A stretch of DNA of 64,000 nt, taken from Minisyncoccota bacterium (GTDB lineage: Bacteria > Patescibacteriota > Minisyncoccia > UBA6257 > GWB1-50-10). The DNA is taken from contig JAYRXE010000037.1 in NCBI GenBank assembly GCA_041917695.1, forward strand, positions 306,582-370,581, in the 5' to 3' direction. Both the position numbers and the translations under genes were made by a program. Position 1 is the stretch's first letter. Every line of letters starts with the position of its first letter. The notes under the pieces are model-generated. The model had not been told where the DNA came from. It worked only from the letters and a program-made list of their open reading frames with translations, and searched no databases. This document shows, one piece after another, positions 50,870 through 59,583 of this stretch.

Positions 50870-51775
50870 GTGGATAAATTCGGCCGTTTGAATCCCCATA
50901 CGATAGGGGAGGTGATGCGGAGCTGTGTTCGCAGAGCGATCCAGGAAATCAGAAAACAGCGGTTTTTCTTCGAGGCGAAGGCAAAGGATTCTTTTTACAA
51001 GAAGGGGACCGACTTAGTAACTTCAGCGGATTTTGAGAGCCAGAAGATTTACCTGAAAATCCTGAAGGAAAACTTCCCGTATGCGGGAATAGTGGCGGAG
51101 GAGGATTTCGCCTGTGCATGCAACGACCCTGACGATACGCCCTATTACTATTTCACCGTAGATCCGCTTGACGGGACAAAAGCTTTCGGACGAAGGCAGT
51201 CGCATGCCATTTCCACCATGATTGCGTTTGTCTGGGACGACGTCGTCGAAGGCGTCACCATCGGTGATGTCATGACCGAGGAAATGTACCACACCCGCCC
51301 GGGTTCGAATAAGGTGCATCGCATCAGCGATTTTGAAACCGCTGAAGAGCTGAAAATCGATACGGAAACGCCCCTTACGGAGCAATACCTGCTTTTTAGG
51401 GATGACGTGCGGAGCTATTCACCCATCGCACGAAGATTCTTTGATCCGCGCGAAAACAAATTGAGCAACCTTTTCCGCGGAACGCAGAGCATCGGCGGGA
51501 GCATTGGATTCACCTTCAGCTGCCTTTGGAAGGGCGAAGTCGGCGGACTCGTGCTTGAACCGTGCCATCACACTCCCTGGGATTTGAGCCCGCTCGTTGG
51601 AATCACTAAAAAATTGGGGTTCCAGGCATATACGTATAATGAAAGGGGAGTAGTGGAACCGTATGAATTCAGAATCAGTACGGATACGTATGAGATGAAG
51701 GAAGAGGTGATTATCATCCACAAAAGCCATGAAAACGCATTGAAGCAATGGATTAGAATTCAAAACTGCCTGTAA
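50870..51775 (+). CDS. Inositol monophosphatase (FIG) family protein, accessory module
   Basis: DLVTSAD, AEE, VDPLDGT, PWD. Confidence 0.9.
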   Translation: MDKFGRLNPHTIGEVMRSCVRRAIQEIRKQRFFFEAKAKDSFYKKGTDLVTSADFESQKIYLKILKENFPYAGIVAEEDFACACNDPDDTPYYYFTVDPLDGTKAFGRRQSHAISTMIAFVWDDVVEGVTIGDVMTEEMYHTRPGSNKVHRISDFETAEELKIDTETPLTEQYLLFRDDVRSYSPIARRFFDPRENKLSNLFRGTQSIGGSIGFTFSCLWKGEVGGLVLEPCHHTPWDLSPLVGITKKLGFQAYTYNERGVVEPYEFRISTDTYEMKEEVIIIHKSHENALKQWIRIQNCL

Positions 51776-51880
51776 TGGGCAGTTTTTTATTCGGTTGACT
51801 CGTTCTACGTGCGGAGTATTGTTTTGGTGTTCCTAAGGCAGGAACGCATATTAATAACTTAATTGAAAGGAAGGACTGTC

Positions 51881-52597
51881 ATGTCTGAAAAAGACGACAC
51901 TCTGGCAACGCTCTCAGTAACACGGGGACCGCTGCAGCAATTGAAATCAAATCTTTCAGGCAAAAAAGGGCTCGAATGGCTCACCGCACTCAACAAATTC
52001 CTTCGCAAGGAGGAACCGTGGAAGGACGGAACCGTAGTCAATTTTCTGAATTTCCAAAAGAAAGGGGACTGGCGGTACGAAACATGGCGCAGGCTCAGTA
52101 ACGAGCTGAGGCTCTTTTCCACTCTCAAAGAAACGATCTACTGGATAGGCATCGTTGACTTGAAGGATGTCGGCAAAGACCCAATGAAAGGCATACCGAT
52201 ATCGTTTGCTGTACGGCATTCTCAAAAACCGATGCGGGATTATTACTGCGAAAGAGAGGTGGACGGAGCCGAAGTCGCAGGTTCGTATCCGGCGTACCTG
52301 TATAATCTTTCGGAGATTCACCCCTATCTTTTGGAGACGAAAAAGGAGACGAAGCGCTTCTTTAAGAAATACCGCTACGTGCATCTTTTTTTGGAGGAAA
52401 AGGTAGATAATCACGGAGCGCATAGCGTTGCGCTTCTGTATTATCCCAAGGACGAGCCAATTTTCGGCTACCCGAGCAAGGTCCCGTGGACAAAGGACGA
52501 GACGCGTCGGTGGGTCGGATATGCCGAACAGGTGATAAATGATAAGTGCGAAAGGATTTATATTCTTACCCATTCCTGGTACCAATGGATGAAATAA
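51881..52597 (+). CDS. Hypothetical protein, accessory module
   Basis: TTAATAACTTAA at 51851, GAAAGGAAGG SD, hairpin 52606-52626. Confidence 0.75.
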   Translation: MSEKDDTLATLSVTRGPLQQLKSNLSGKKGLEWLTALNKFLRKEEPWKDGTVVNFLNFQKKGDWRYETWRRLSNELRLFSTLKETIYWIGIVDLKDVGKDPMKGIPISFAVRHSQKPMRDYYCEREVDGAEVAGSYPAYLYNLSEIHPYLLETKKETKRFFKKYRYVHLFLEEKVDNHGAHSVALLYYPKDEPIFGYPSKVPWTKDETRRWVGYAEQVINDKCERIYILTHSWYQWMK

Positions 52598-52711
52598 CGC
52601 TATTTAGCCCCGCAAGGGGCTTTTTCTTTGCTCTCATCCCCGGAAAAAGCCTTTGAAAACTGAATATGGGCCAATTGATCTCTCCAAAATAGAGCTTGAT
52701 TTAAACTAATA

Positions 52712-53014
52712 TTGGTGTGGTACTATTTAATTGTGCCCAAAAAAAGGAAGTTCGAAAACGAATGGTACTTATATAGCAATGCTGCTATTACTGGAATTTT
52801 AGTTTTTTGGTCTCTCACGGTGTGGACAGGTACTCCGCAAGCTATCGGAGTAGCATTCTCAACAATTGCAGGGGGGATTTTGCTAGCAAGCAATAATTGG
52901 AAAGCAATTGAACCCGAAATTCATCGAGGAATTGTAGTTTGTGCGGTTCTTGCCTTCCTAGGATGTTTGGCTATATACTCACATTTCCATCCACCTAATA
53001 AGGTAAAATCTTAA
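52712..53014 (+). CDS. Hypothetical membrane protein (start uncertain)
   Basis: Three hydrophobic segments; AT-rich island. Confidence 0.55.
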   Translation: MVWYYLIVPKKRKFENEWYLYSNAAITGILVFWSLTVWTGTPQAIGVAFSTIAGGILLASNNWKAIEPEIHRGIVVCAVLAFLGCLAIYSHFHPPNKVKS

Positions 53015-53017
53015 TTT

Positions 53018-53734
53018 ATGAATTCGTTTTGGAAAGCCTCACAATACTTTTTTGCAGCATTAATCTTTGTTGTCACGGCGGTTTACTTATCTAATTGGGT
53101 TACTAGCCGCAATACACCGAATTCTGAGCCGAAACCAGGAGAAAGAACAGAAGTGGTATGCTCTGCAGATTTTTTATCGTATAAAACTCTCTCTGAAAGA
53201 GAGGGACATGTAGTTACATTAATTGATTCTCGAAAAAATATGTTTGCTGAAAGCGGAGAATTTGTGAATTCACAAATCGTTATAACAAAAAACGAAACAG
53301 AAGAATCTAAAGTTGCTTGCGGATATCTTTTTGTAAAATCTGGAACAACCAGTTACGGCCCCTTACGTACATGGGAAAATTTATATATAAATCCTAACGA
53401 ATTTGGTGGACATATTAATTCGGAAAATCAGTTTGGTCCTGGTGACTCTAGAAACTATTCTGAATATGTTTTTGCTTTAAATTCTATGGAATACTGGAGA
53501 AATCGTTCCGAGCGTATTAAAGGTAACTTACTTAAAGCAGATTGGGCAGCTTTGCTAAATGTTCAGAATACAGTCTCTTTTGATATTGCTTTAAACACTG
53601 AAGATAAAACGGGATTTATAGATCAACTTGCAATTGCGTATAAATGTTGGAATCCAAAAACAGGGGAAGAAAATGATGGTTGTAAGATTAACATTCAAAG
53701 CAAAGAAGATACGCAGAAGTCTGAGTTAAATTAA
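53018..53734 (+). CDS. Hypothetical membrane-anchored protein
   Basis: 238 aa, N-terminal TM, 4 Cys; AT-rich island. Confidence 0.7.
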   Translation: MNSFWKASQYFFAALIFVVTAVYLSNWVTSRNTPNSEPKPGERTEVVCSADFLSYKTLSEREGHVVTLIDSRKNMFAESGEFVNSQIVITKNETEESKVACGYLFVKSGTTSYGPLRTWENLYINPNEFGGHINSENQFGPGDSRNYSEYVFALNSMEYWRNRSERIKGNLLKADWAALLNVQNTVSFDIALNTEDKTGFIDQLAIAYKCWNPKTGEENDGCKINIQSKEDTQKSELN

Positions 53735-53858
53735 TCGAAATTTATTTTTGTTGGATCAAATGGCTTGCAGAAGGGGACGGGTAAAAATGCTAAACTTATA
53801 GCATAGAAATCAAAACGCCCGCTAGGAACGGACGTTTTGGATAAAGAGCTAAACGAAA

Positions 53859-54170
53859 CTAACGAGCGGGATTTCTTCTAAGACCCGAAGGGTACATCAC
53901 TTTAGCCATTCTTTCTTCAGGGGGGATAAGGCTATCTTTTGTGGCTTCTTTGATTGTTTGGAGCATTTTCCCCAAAGCCACTTCATTCATATCTTTCGCA
54001 TTCCCGCCTTGAAAGTAAGCCACTATAAGCTCTCTTTCGACAGAACTGATCATGTACCTAAAAGAATTGATTTTGCCTCCGACTACAGGCGCAAGTATTT
54101 TACGCCTATCTATAACGCTACGTAATTGACGAAAGCTGTGTATAAGTGTTCCTGAATGGGAAATCATCAA
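53859..54170 (-). CDS. Hypothetical protein or remnant (start uncertain)
   Basis: ORF only. Confidence 0.3.
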   Translation of the reverse strand: MMISHSGTLIHSFRQLRSVIDRRKILAPVVGGKINSFRYMISSVERELIVAYFQGGNAKDMNEVALGKMLQTIKEATKDSLIPPEERMAKVMYPSGLRRNPAR

Positions 54171-54374
54171 AAGCCGCCAAACCTCAAATCAAATAATCGA
54201 GAATGTAGACAACGTTCGGAAGCTCATAGAAATGGGAATCATCACGAAAGAAGAAGTCCGGGCATATTTTCCCGGAACCAATACGAAGCTAGTCAGTAAA
54301 GAACCTAAAGCACAACAAAACCATCAAAACCCCTAGGGGAGAGCGGTTTCAGCCCTACCCCTCAGGAATTAGAT

Positions 54375-54402
54375 ATGTCGCACAATATATCTTTTGCGAC
54401 AC
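54375..54402. other. dif/Xer-like 11-6-11 site
   Basis: ATGTCGCACAA-TATATC-TTTTGCGACAC. Confidence 0.5.
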
Positions 54403-54613
54403 ATATATCCCTGGAGACCACCCCTGGATAGATCGGCCCCGTAAAGCCTCCCGAAACCCCTCAAATTGCCCCTCTGCGGGCTTTTCTCTTCGGATTCGGT
54501 ACATTCTTCACTCCCCGATGAACCCCCAAATAGACGGAAATCTACCGCATGGTTTAAGATGCGTATGTTTCACGATATTTGACAATATGTGTCAAGTATG
54601 GTATAATGCAAAT

Positions 54614-55105
54614 ATGAACATGGAATCACCGGATCTGAACCAGATCCACCAAGACCCCGTCGAAGAAGTCCAGCCTGCGGTTCCTGGCGCGCCGAAAGTG
54701 ACGCCGGAACTCGACTCCACGGCGGCAAATACGAAGCAGACGCAGGAAGCGGCCGGCGAGATGGTAAAGTTCTCCCCCGCCAAGTTCGACAAGACCCATA
54801 ATGTCGTTGACGTTGTAAGCGGTAATTGCACCGTGAAAACGATGCGCCTCGATGAGAATGATATTCCGCGCATGATCGGCTCCCCGCAGGAGTTCAAGGA
54901 GGGAGAAAAAAACCAGGTGTTTTACGAAAAGGGTTTCTATTACCGTATTGAGGCGCCGGGCATGAATCCCGTCAACGTTTCTTTCACCGAGGACGAACTC
55001 AAAGCGCTTCAGGAACGCCCTCAGGACCCGCAGACCCAAAAGATGGTCCTCGGGAAGGCGCTCGCGGCCCAGGTGAAAGCGATAGACGACCAGGCGAGTA
55101 AGTAA
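54614..55105 (+). CDS. Hypothetical protein
   Basis: TTGACA and TATAAT promoter, ATG 6 nt later; hairpin 55116-55144. Confidence 0.75.
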   Translation: MNMESPDLNQIHQDPVEEVQPAVPGAPKVTPELDSTAANTKQTQEAAGEMVKFSPAKFDKTHNVVDVVSGNCTVKTMRLDENDIPRMIGSPQEFKEGEKNQVFYEKGFYYRIEAPGMNPVNVSFTEDELKALQERPQDPQTQKMVLGKALAAQVKAIDDQASK

Positions 55106-55156
55106 CGCGACCGACAAAAAATCCCGGAAGTTCCGGGATTTTTTGTTTCAGCTTCG

Positions 55157-55534
55157 TTAGAGCGGGAGAATATTTATAACCGCCTGGAGAATTTTCACGA
55201 TGAGCTCGAACACCCAGATGATGAAATTCAGAAGCGTACGGATGATTTCGCTCAAGGAAATGCCGATATTGCTTTCTAACCAGCCGTTCAAGGAATCCCA
55301 CACGCTCGACAATGATGTGTCGAGGCTCGTCGTAAGGCTCTCGACTTTTGACGGGTCGACGAACGATTGCTCTTCCACCGACGGGGTCGGAATCGCCGTA
55401 TCGACATTCGATAAGGAGTCGCGGAAATCCTCAAACGTTTCCGTAAGGTCGTAGGCCGCCGAAACAGGGGGAACAGGCCCGGCAAAACCGGCTACAACCC
55501 CCATGAGGACAAACGTCTGAAGAAGACGCTTCAT
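55157..55534 (-). CDS. Hypothetical exported/membrane protein
   Basis: Signal peptide and amphipathic C-terminus; follows murE. Confidence 0.7.
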   Translation of the reverse strand: MKRLLQTFVLMGVVAGFAGPVPPVSAAYDLTETFEDFRDSLSNVDTAIPTPSVEEQSFVDPSKVESLTTSLDTSLSSVWDSLNGWLESNIGISLSEIIRTLLNFIIWVFELIVKILQAVINILPL

Positions 55535-55539
55535 TGGTT

Positions 55540-56877
55540 TTATGCTACTCCAAATCCGCGGTTTTTCAATTCCTCGCGGGCGACGGCGCGGTCGTCCCAC
55601 GGAATATTCCCGGCCTTCGTTACCATCGATTGCTCGGCGCCTTTGCCGGCGATGAGAACGACGTCGCCCTCCCCCGCCAACGAGAATGCCTTCCGGACGG
55701 CCTCTCGGCGGTCGACGATCATCAAGAGGTCCTCCCCTCTTTTTTTGCCGTATTTTTCGGCCCCCGGCGCAATCACTTCCATGATGCGCAGAGGGTCTTC
55801 ATCAAAGGGGTCGTCCGTGGTGAGAATGACGGTGTCGGCGAGCTTTGCCGAAACTTCGCCCATCACGGGAAGCTTTTTTACGTCCCGCCCTCCGCCCTGT
55901 CCGCCGAAAAGGACGATGAGCTTGTGTGCGGAGCCCTTCAGCTTCGCGGCGGCCTCCAAAACGCTTTCGAGACTTACGGCGTCGTGCGCATAGTCAACGT
56001 ATACCTGGAACGGCTGACCCAGCTCAATCCGTTCCATGCGTCCGGGAATCCCGTCCAAAAGAAGTCCTTTCCGGATATATTCGGGTTTTACCCCGAATGC
56101 GAGGGATACCGCAACCGCCGCCAGTGCGTTTTGGACGTTATACGCGCCGGGAAGGCGCACTTCATAGCGTTCGCGGGCGGCCGTGAACGCGCTTCCAAAC
56201 TCTTTTTCCTCGATTGCTTCCGCCGCGATATCGGCTTTCGCATTACAGCCGTAGGTGAGCTTCACGTCCGCCGGGTATTTCAAAAACCGTTCTTTTTCCT
56301 CCGCTTCGGCGTCGACGACGATGACCTTCGGAACGGAACCGCTGTTCAGTTTTTTCCGCGGCTGGCGCATAAGTTCGGCAAACGGCACCTCGTCCATTTC
56401 CTTCGCGCGGTCGAAGCTCCATCCGTGAATCTCGAGATATTCCGGATACAGCTTGGTGAGTACTACGCAATCATAAAAAACCCCCTTGTGGCGGGACTGC
56501 TCGACGCCTTCGGAAGGCGTTTCGACGACGGCGAACTGGCATCCCGCATCCGCCATTTCCCGCAATATCTTTTGGAGGCGAAACCGTCCGGGCATCGTCA
56601 TGTGGTACGGATTCATACGCTCCGTATTTCCCACGCGGATATTCGCCGTACCGGTAAGCCCCACCTTATACCCGGCGGACGTGAGACACGACCAAATGAA
56701 ATTTCCCACCGTCGTTTTCCCGCGGGTGCCGACGACGCCGATAACGACCATGCGCCGAGCCGGGTATCCGTACCGGAGCGCTCCCGCATGTGCGAGAAAA
56801 AGATGGTACAGGCGGATTGCGAACGAAGGCGCGAGCGACCGGACGAGCTTCTTTATTTTTTTGAGCGCGGCCTTCAT
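55540..56877 (-). CDS. murE: UDP-MurNAc-tripeptide synthetase
   Basis: GTRGKTT, PGRME, VDYAH, DDP, AGKGAE. Confidence 0.9.
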   Translation of the reverse strand: MKAALKKIKKLVRSLAPSFAIRLYHLFLAHAGALRYGYPARRMVVIGVVGTRGKTTVGNFIWSCLTSAGYKVGLTGTANIRVGNTERMNPYHMTMPGRFRLQKILREMADAGCQFAVVETPSEGVEQSRHKGVFYDCVVLTKLYPEYLEIHGWSFDRAKEMDEVPFAELMRQPRKKLNSGSVPKVIVVDAEAEEKERFLKYPADVKLTYGCNAKADIAAEAIEEKEFGSAFTAARERYEVRLPGAYNVQNALAAVAVSLAFGVKPEYIRKGLLLDGIPGRMERIELGQPFQVYVDYAHDAVSLESVLEAAAKLKGSAHKLIVLFGGQGGGRDVKKLPVMGEVSAKLADTVILTTDDPFDEDPLRIMEVIAPGAEKYGKKRGEDLLMIVDRREAVRKAFSLAGEGDVVLIAGKGAEQSMVTKAGNIPWDDRAVAREELKNRGFGVA

Positions 56878-56886
56878 GCGAAAGAA

Positions 56887-58164
56887 TTAGAGCGAGAGAT
56901 ACTGGAGCGGATTCACGTCGCCGCCGACCGGCATCGGCCCGCATACGCGCGATGCCTGCGTGCCTTCGGGGAAGCCTCCCCCGCCGGGCGGAATCGTGTT
57001 TGTCGCGAATACCGTGAAGTGCAAGTGCGGACCGGTCGCATATCCCGTTTTTCCGACGTAACCGATGGTTTGACCCCGGGAAATCGTCTGGCCCGTGCTT
57101 ACCGCTATGCGGGACATATGCCCGTAGAGCGTGGTAAGGCCGTTTTCGTGCTTGATCAGGACGTATTTGCCGTATGCGCCTCCGCGGCAGTAGGTATCCT
57201 GGTCGCCGGATGCGATGACGCGCCCGCCTTCGGCAGCGAGGATGGGAGTGCCGACCGGCGCACCCAAATCGATGCCGTTATGGTACTGGCCCTTGTACGC
57301 GCTTTTCGCGAATGCCGTCGCGCCGTATCCTTGGGTCAATTTCGCTCCCGGCACCGGATTTTCCAACACGCCTTTCCCGGGAAGCGTCTTCGAATCGATG
57401 CGCTTGCGGAGAGACGCTTCCATCCGTTCGATTTCAGAAGCAACATCCTGCTGGAGTTTTTCAAGTTCCGTCAGTTTTTGCTGGTAAATCTTTTCCTGGT
57501 TCTTCGTAACCTTCAGAAGATCCTGCCTGCCGGCTTTTTCGTCGGCGACGATGACCTGGCGGTTCTTCAAATCGCTTTCCTGCTCCTCGTGCGTTTCCTT
57601 TTTGTCTTTCTGTACGGCAAGCTGGGAACTCAACGTGCCTTTCAACGCGTTCAATTCCTGCAGATTGTTTCGCAGGGACTCGCTCAAGGATTCGATGGAT
57701 TGCGCTTCGGCGACGCTCTCTGAAAGGTTCTTGCCGTTGAAGAAGATCGAAAAGAGGTCGTGGTCGTCCTTCTGCTGGAGCTCGGAAACGAGCTTCGCAA
57801 TCGTTGCTTTCTTCAGTTGGATACTGCCTTCAGTCGAGGAAATATCGGCGCCGAGCGACGTTATCTCAAGATTCAATTTTTCTATCGTTACCTGGTTCTC
57901 GCGGATGGAGGCGTTCAGCTGGCGAATCGTCGTATCCATGCGCTTGATCTCATCCGAAAGCTTTTTGTTCGACTGGCTCGTTTCATCAAGCTGACGCTCC
58001 AGCTCGCGTTTCTGCGCCTGGATGGTCTCAAGCATTTTGTTCTTCTCGGCAATCTGCGCCTCGATGGCCGCCTGATCGTCATCGGCGAAGGCCGGAACCG
58101 CCGATGCCGGTCCCATAACGAGCGCTGACGCAACAAGCGCGAGGATTATTTTTTTTGATGTCAT
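56887..58164 (-). CDS. Coiled-coil M23 peptidoglycan endopeptidase
   Basis: HNGID, YGHM, TGPHLHF. Confidence 0.92.
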   Translation of the reverse strand: MTSKKIILALVASALVMGPASAVPAFADDDQAAIEAQIAEKNKMLETIQAQKRELERQLDETSQSNKKLSDEIKRMDTTIRQLNASIRENQVTIEKLNLEITSLGADISSTEGSIQLKKATIAKLVSELQQKDDHDLFSIFFNGKNLSESVAEAQSIESLSESLRNNLQELNALKGTLSSQLAVQKDKKETHEEQESDLKNRQVIVADEKAGRQDLLKVTKNQEKIYQQKLTELEKLQQDVASEIERMEASLRKRIDSKTLPGKGVLENPVPGAKLTQGYGATAFAKSAYKGQYHNGIDLGAPVGTPILAAEGGRVIASGDQDTYCRGGAYGKYVLIKHENGLTTLYGHMSRIAVSTGQTISRGQTIGYVGKTGYATGPHLHFTVFATNTIPPGGGGFPEGTQASRVCGPMPVGGDVNPLQYLSL

Positions 58165-59579
58165 GACAATTTTTCTATGGCTGTTTGGAGGCGGTTAAGC
58201 GTTTCCCGCTTGCCGAGCGTCGCGGCGCATTCAAACGGCCCCGGACTCGTCGGCAGCCCCGTGAGGGCGACCCGCATGGGCCAGAGCACCTCTCCCCTGC
58301 CGGCTTCGTTCGCATAGGGAAGGATTTTTCCCGACACCGCATCGAGCGTGAATTCCCCTTCGGGAATCTCGTCGATTAATGCCGATACCGCTTTCAAAAA
58401 AGTTTTCGCCGATTGCGGCGAAGTGCCCTTCCACGGAAGGATATCACCAGTATACCGCGGTTCGGTGAAAAAGAAATCAACACCCCCTGACGCTTCGTCA
58501 AGCTTTTTTATGCGCTCCTTTTGAAGCTGCATGACTCGCGCAAATTTTTCCGCGTCCTCTTTCCATGTGGAAGAAACAAACGGCGAAACCGCCTCTAAAA
58601 ACGCCTCATCGGAGAGCGCGCGGATGTAATGCGCATTCAGCCAATCGAGTTTTTCGGCGTTCATGACCGCTCCCGCCTTTTGGACGCGTTCGAGCGTGAA
58701 CTCGGCGACGGCTTCCGCGCGGCTTATGATTTCCCGGTCTTTTTCCGGATGCCAGCCGAGCAGGACGAGAAAATTGAACACGGCGGAGGGAAGATACCCT
58801 TCGCGAGCGTAGTCCTCGACCGACTTCGCCATGTCGCGCTTCGAAAGTTTTTTCTTATCCGGACCGAGAATGAGGGGCAAGTGGGCGAAATGAATCTTTT
58901 CCTCGAAACCGAGCGCCTCGGCGATGGCTATCTGCTTCGGCGTGTTGGAAATGTGGTCTTCCCCGCGAATCACGTGGGAAATTTCCATGTCGTGGTCGTC
59001 AACGACGACGGCAAAGTTGTAGAGCGGTTCGGTAACGGATTTCGCGATGACGATGTCGCCGATAAGCGCCGTATCGAAGGCCACCGAACCGCGAACGAGA
59101 TCCGAAAAACTGATTTTCTTTTCGGGCATTTTGAAGCGAATGACCGACCGGTGGCTCTTCCGGCGCTCCTCCGCCTCTTCGCGCGGAATCGTGCGGCACT
59201 TTCCCCCGTAGCGGGGCGGCAAACCGCCCGCAAGCTGTGATTCCCGCTCGGCTTCAAGCTCTTCTTCCGAGCAAAAGCAATAATACGCATTCCCCTGGTC
59301 TATGAGCCTTCGGAGATGGTCCGCATACACGTCCGTGCGGTCGCTTTGCCGGTGCATTTCGGAAAAATCGAAACCCAGCCAAGCGAGGGTGCGCAAGATG
59401 TTCTCTTCGTATTCCTTTTTCGAGCGCTCTTTGTCCGTGTCTTCGATGCGGAGGATGAATTCCCCGCCGACGGATTTTGCATAGAGCCAGTTGAAAAGCG
59501 CGGTGCGCGACGTGCCGAAATTCACCGGTCCGGTGGGAGACGGCGCGAAACGGACGCGAATTTTACGCGAGGGGGTCAT
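58161..59579 (-). CDS. gltX: Glutamate--tRNA ligase
   Basis: RFAPSPTG, LRIEDTD, VIRGEDH, KLSKR. Confidence 0.96.
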   Translation of the reverse strand: MTPSRKIRVRFAPSPTGPVNFGTSRTALFNWLYAKSVGGEFILRIEDTDKERSKKEYEENILRTLAWLGFDFSEMHRQSDRTDVYADHLRRLIDQGNAYYCFCSEEELEAERESQLAGGLPPRYGGKCRTIPREEAEERRKSHRSVIRFKMPEKKISFSDLVRGSVAFDTALIGDIVIAKSVTEPLYNFAVVVDDHDMEISHVIRGEDHISNTPKQIAIAEALGFEEKIHFAHLPLILGPDKKKLSKRDMAKSVEDYAREGYLPSAVFNFLVLLGWHPEKDREIISRAEAVAEFTLERVQKAGAVMNAEKLDWLNAHYIRALSDEAFLEAVSPFVSSTWKEDAEKFARVMQLQKERIKKLDEASGGVDFFFTEPRYTGDILPWKGTSPQSAKTFLKAVSALIDEIPEGEFTLDAVSGKILPYANEAGRGEVLWPMRVALTGLPTSPGPFECAATLGKRETLNRLQTAIEKLS

Positions 59580-59583
59580 AGGA

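Larger units (their letters stand above)
42109..52630. other. Array of 13 promoter-leader-ORF-terminator accessory modules
   Basis: -35 boxes at 42109, 42482, 43874, 45443(-), 45432, 46002, 47031, 47355, 48480, 49283, 50175, 50797, 51795; each ORF ends at a hairpin. Confidence 0.8.

Noticed and set aside
42109-52630. Classical integron cassette array
   Set aside because: No IntI is present, I found no RYYYAAC/GTTRRRY attC boxes at the junctions, and the genes carry their own promoters and occur in both orientations.
42109-54500. Prophage
   Set aside because: No terminase, capsid, tail or integrase is recognisable, and the modules are interleaved with core-like genes.
54566-54581. parS site (TGTTTCACG...)
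   Set aside because: Only the left half matches TGTTTCACGTGAAACA.
55534-57723. 729-aa plus-strand ORF
   Set aside because: Antisense shadow of murE and the M23 peptidase.
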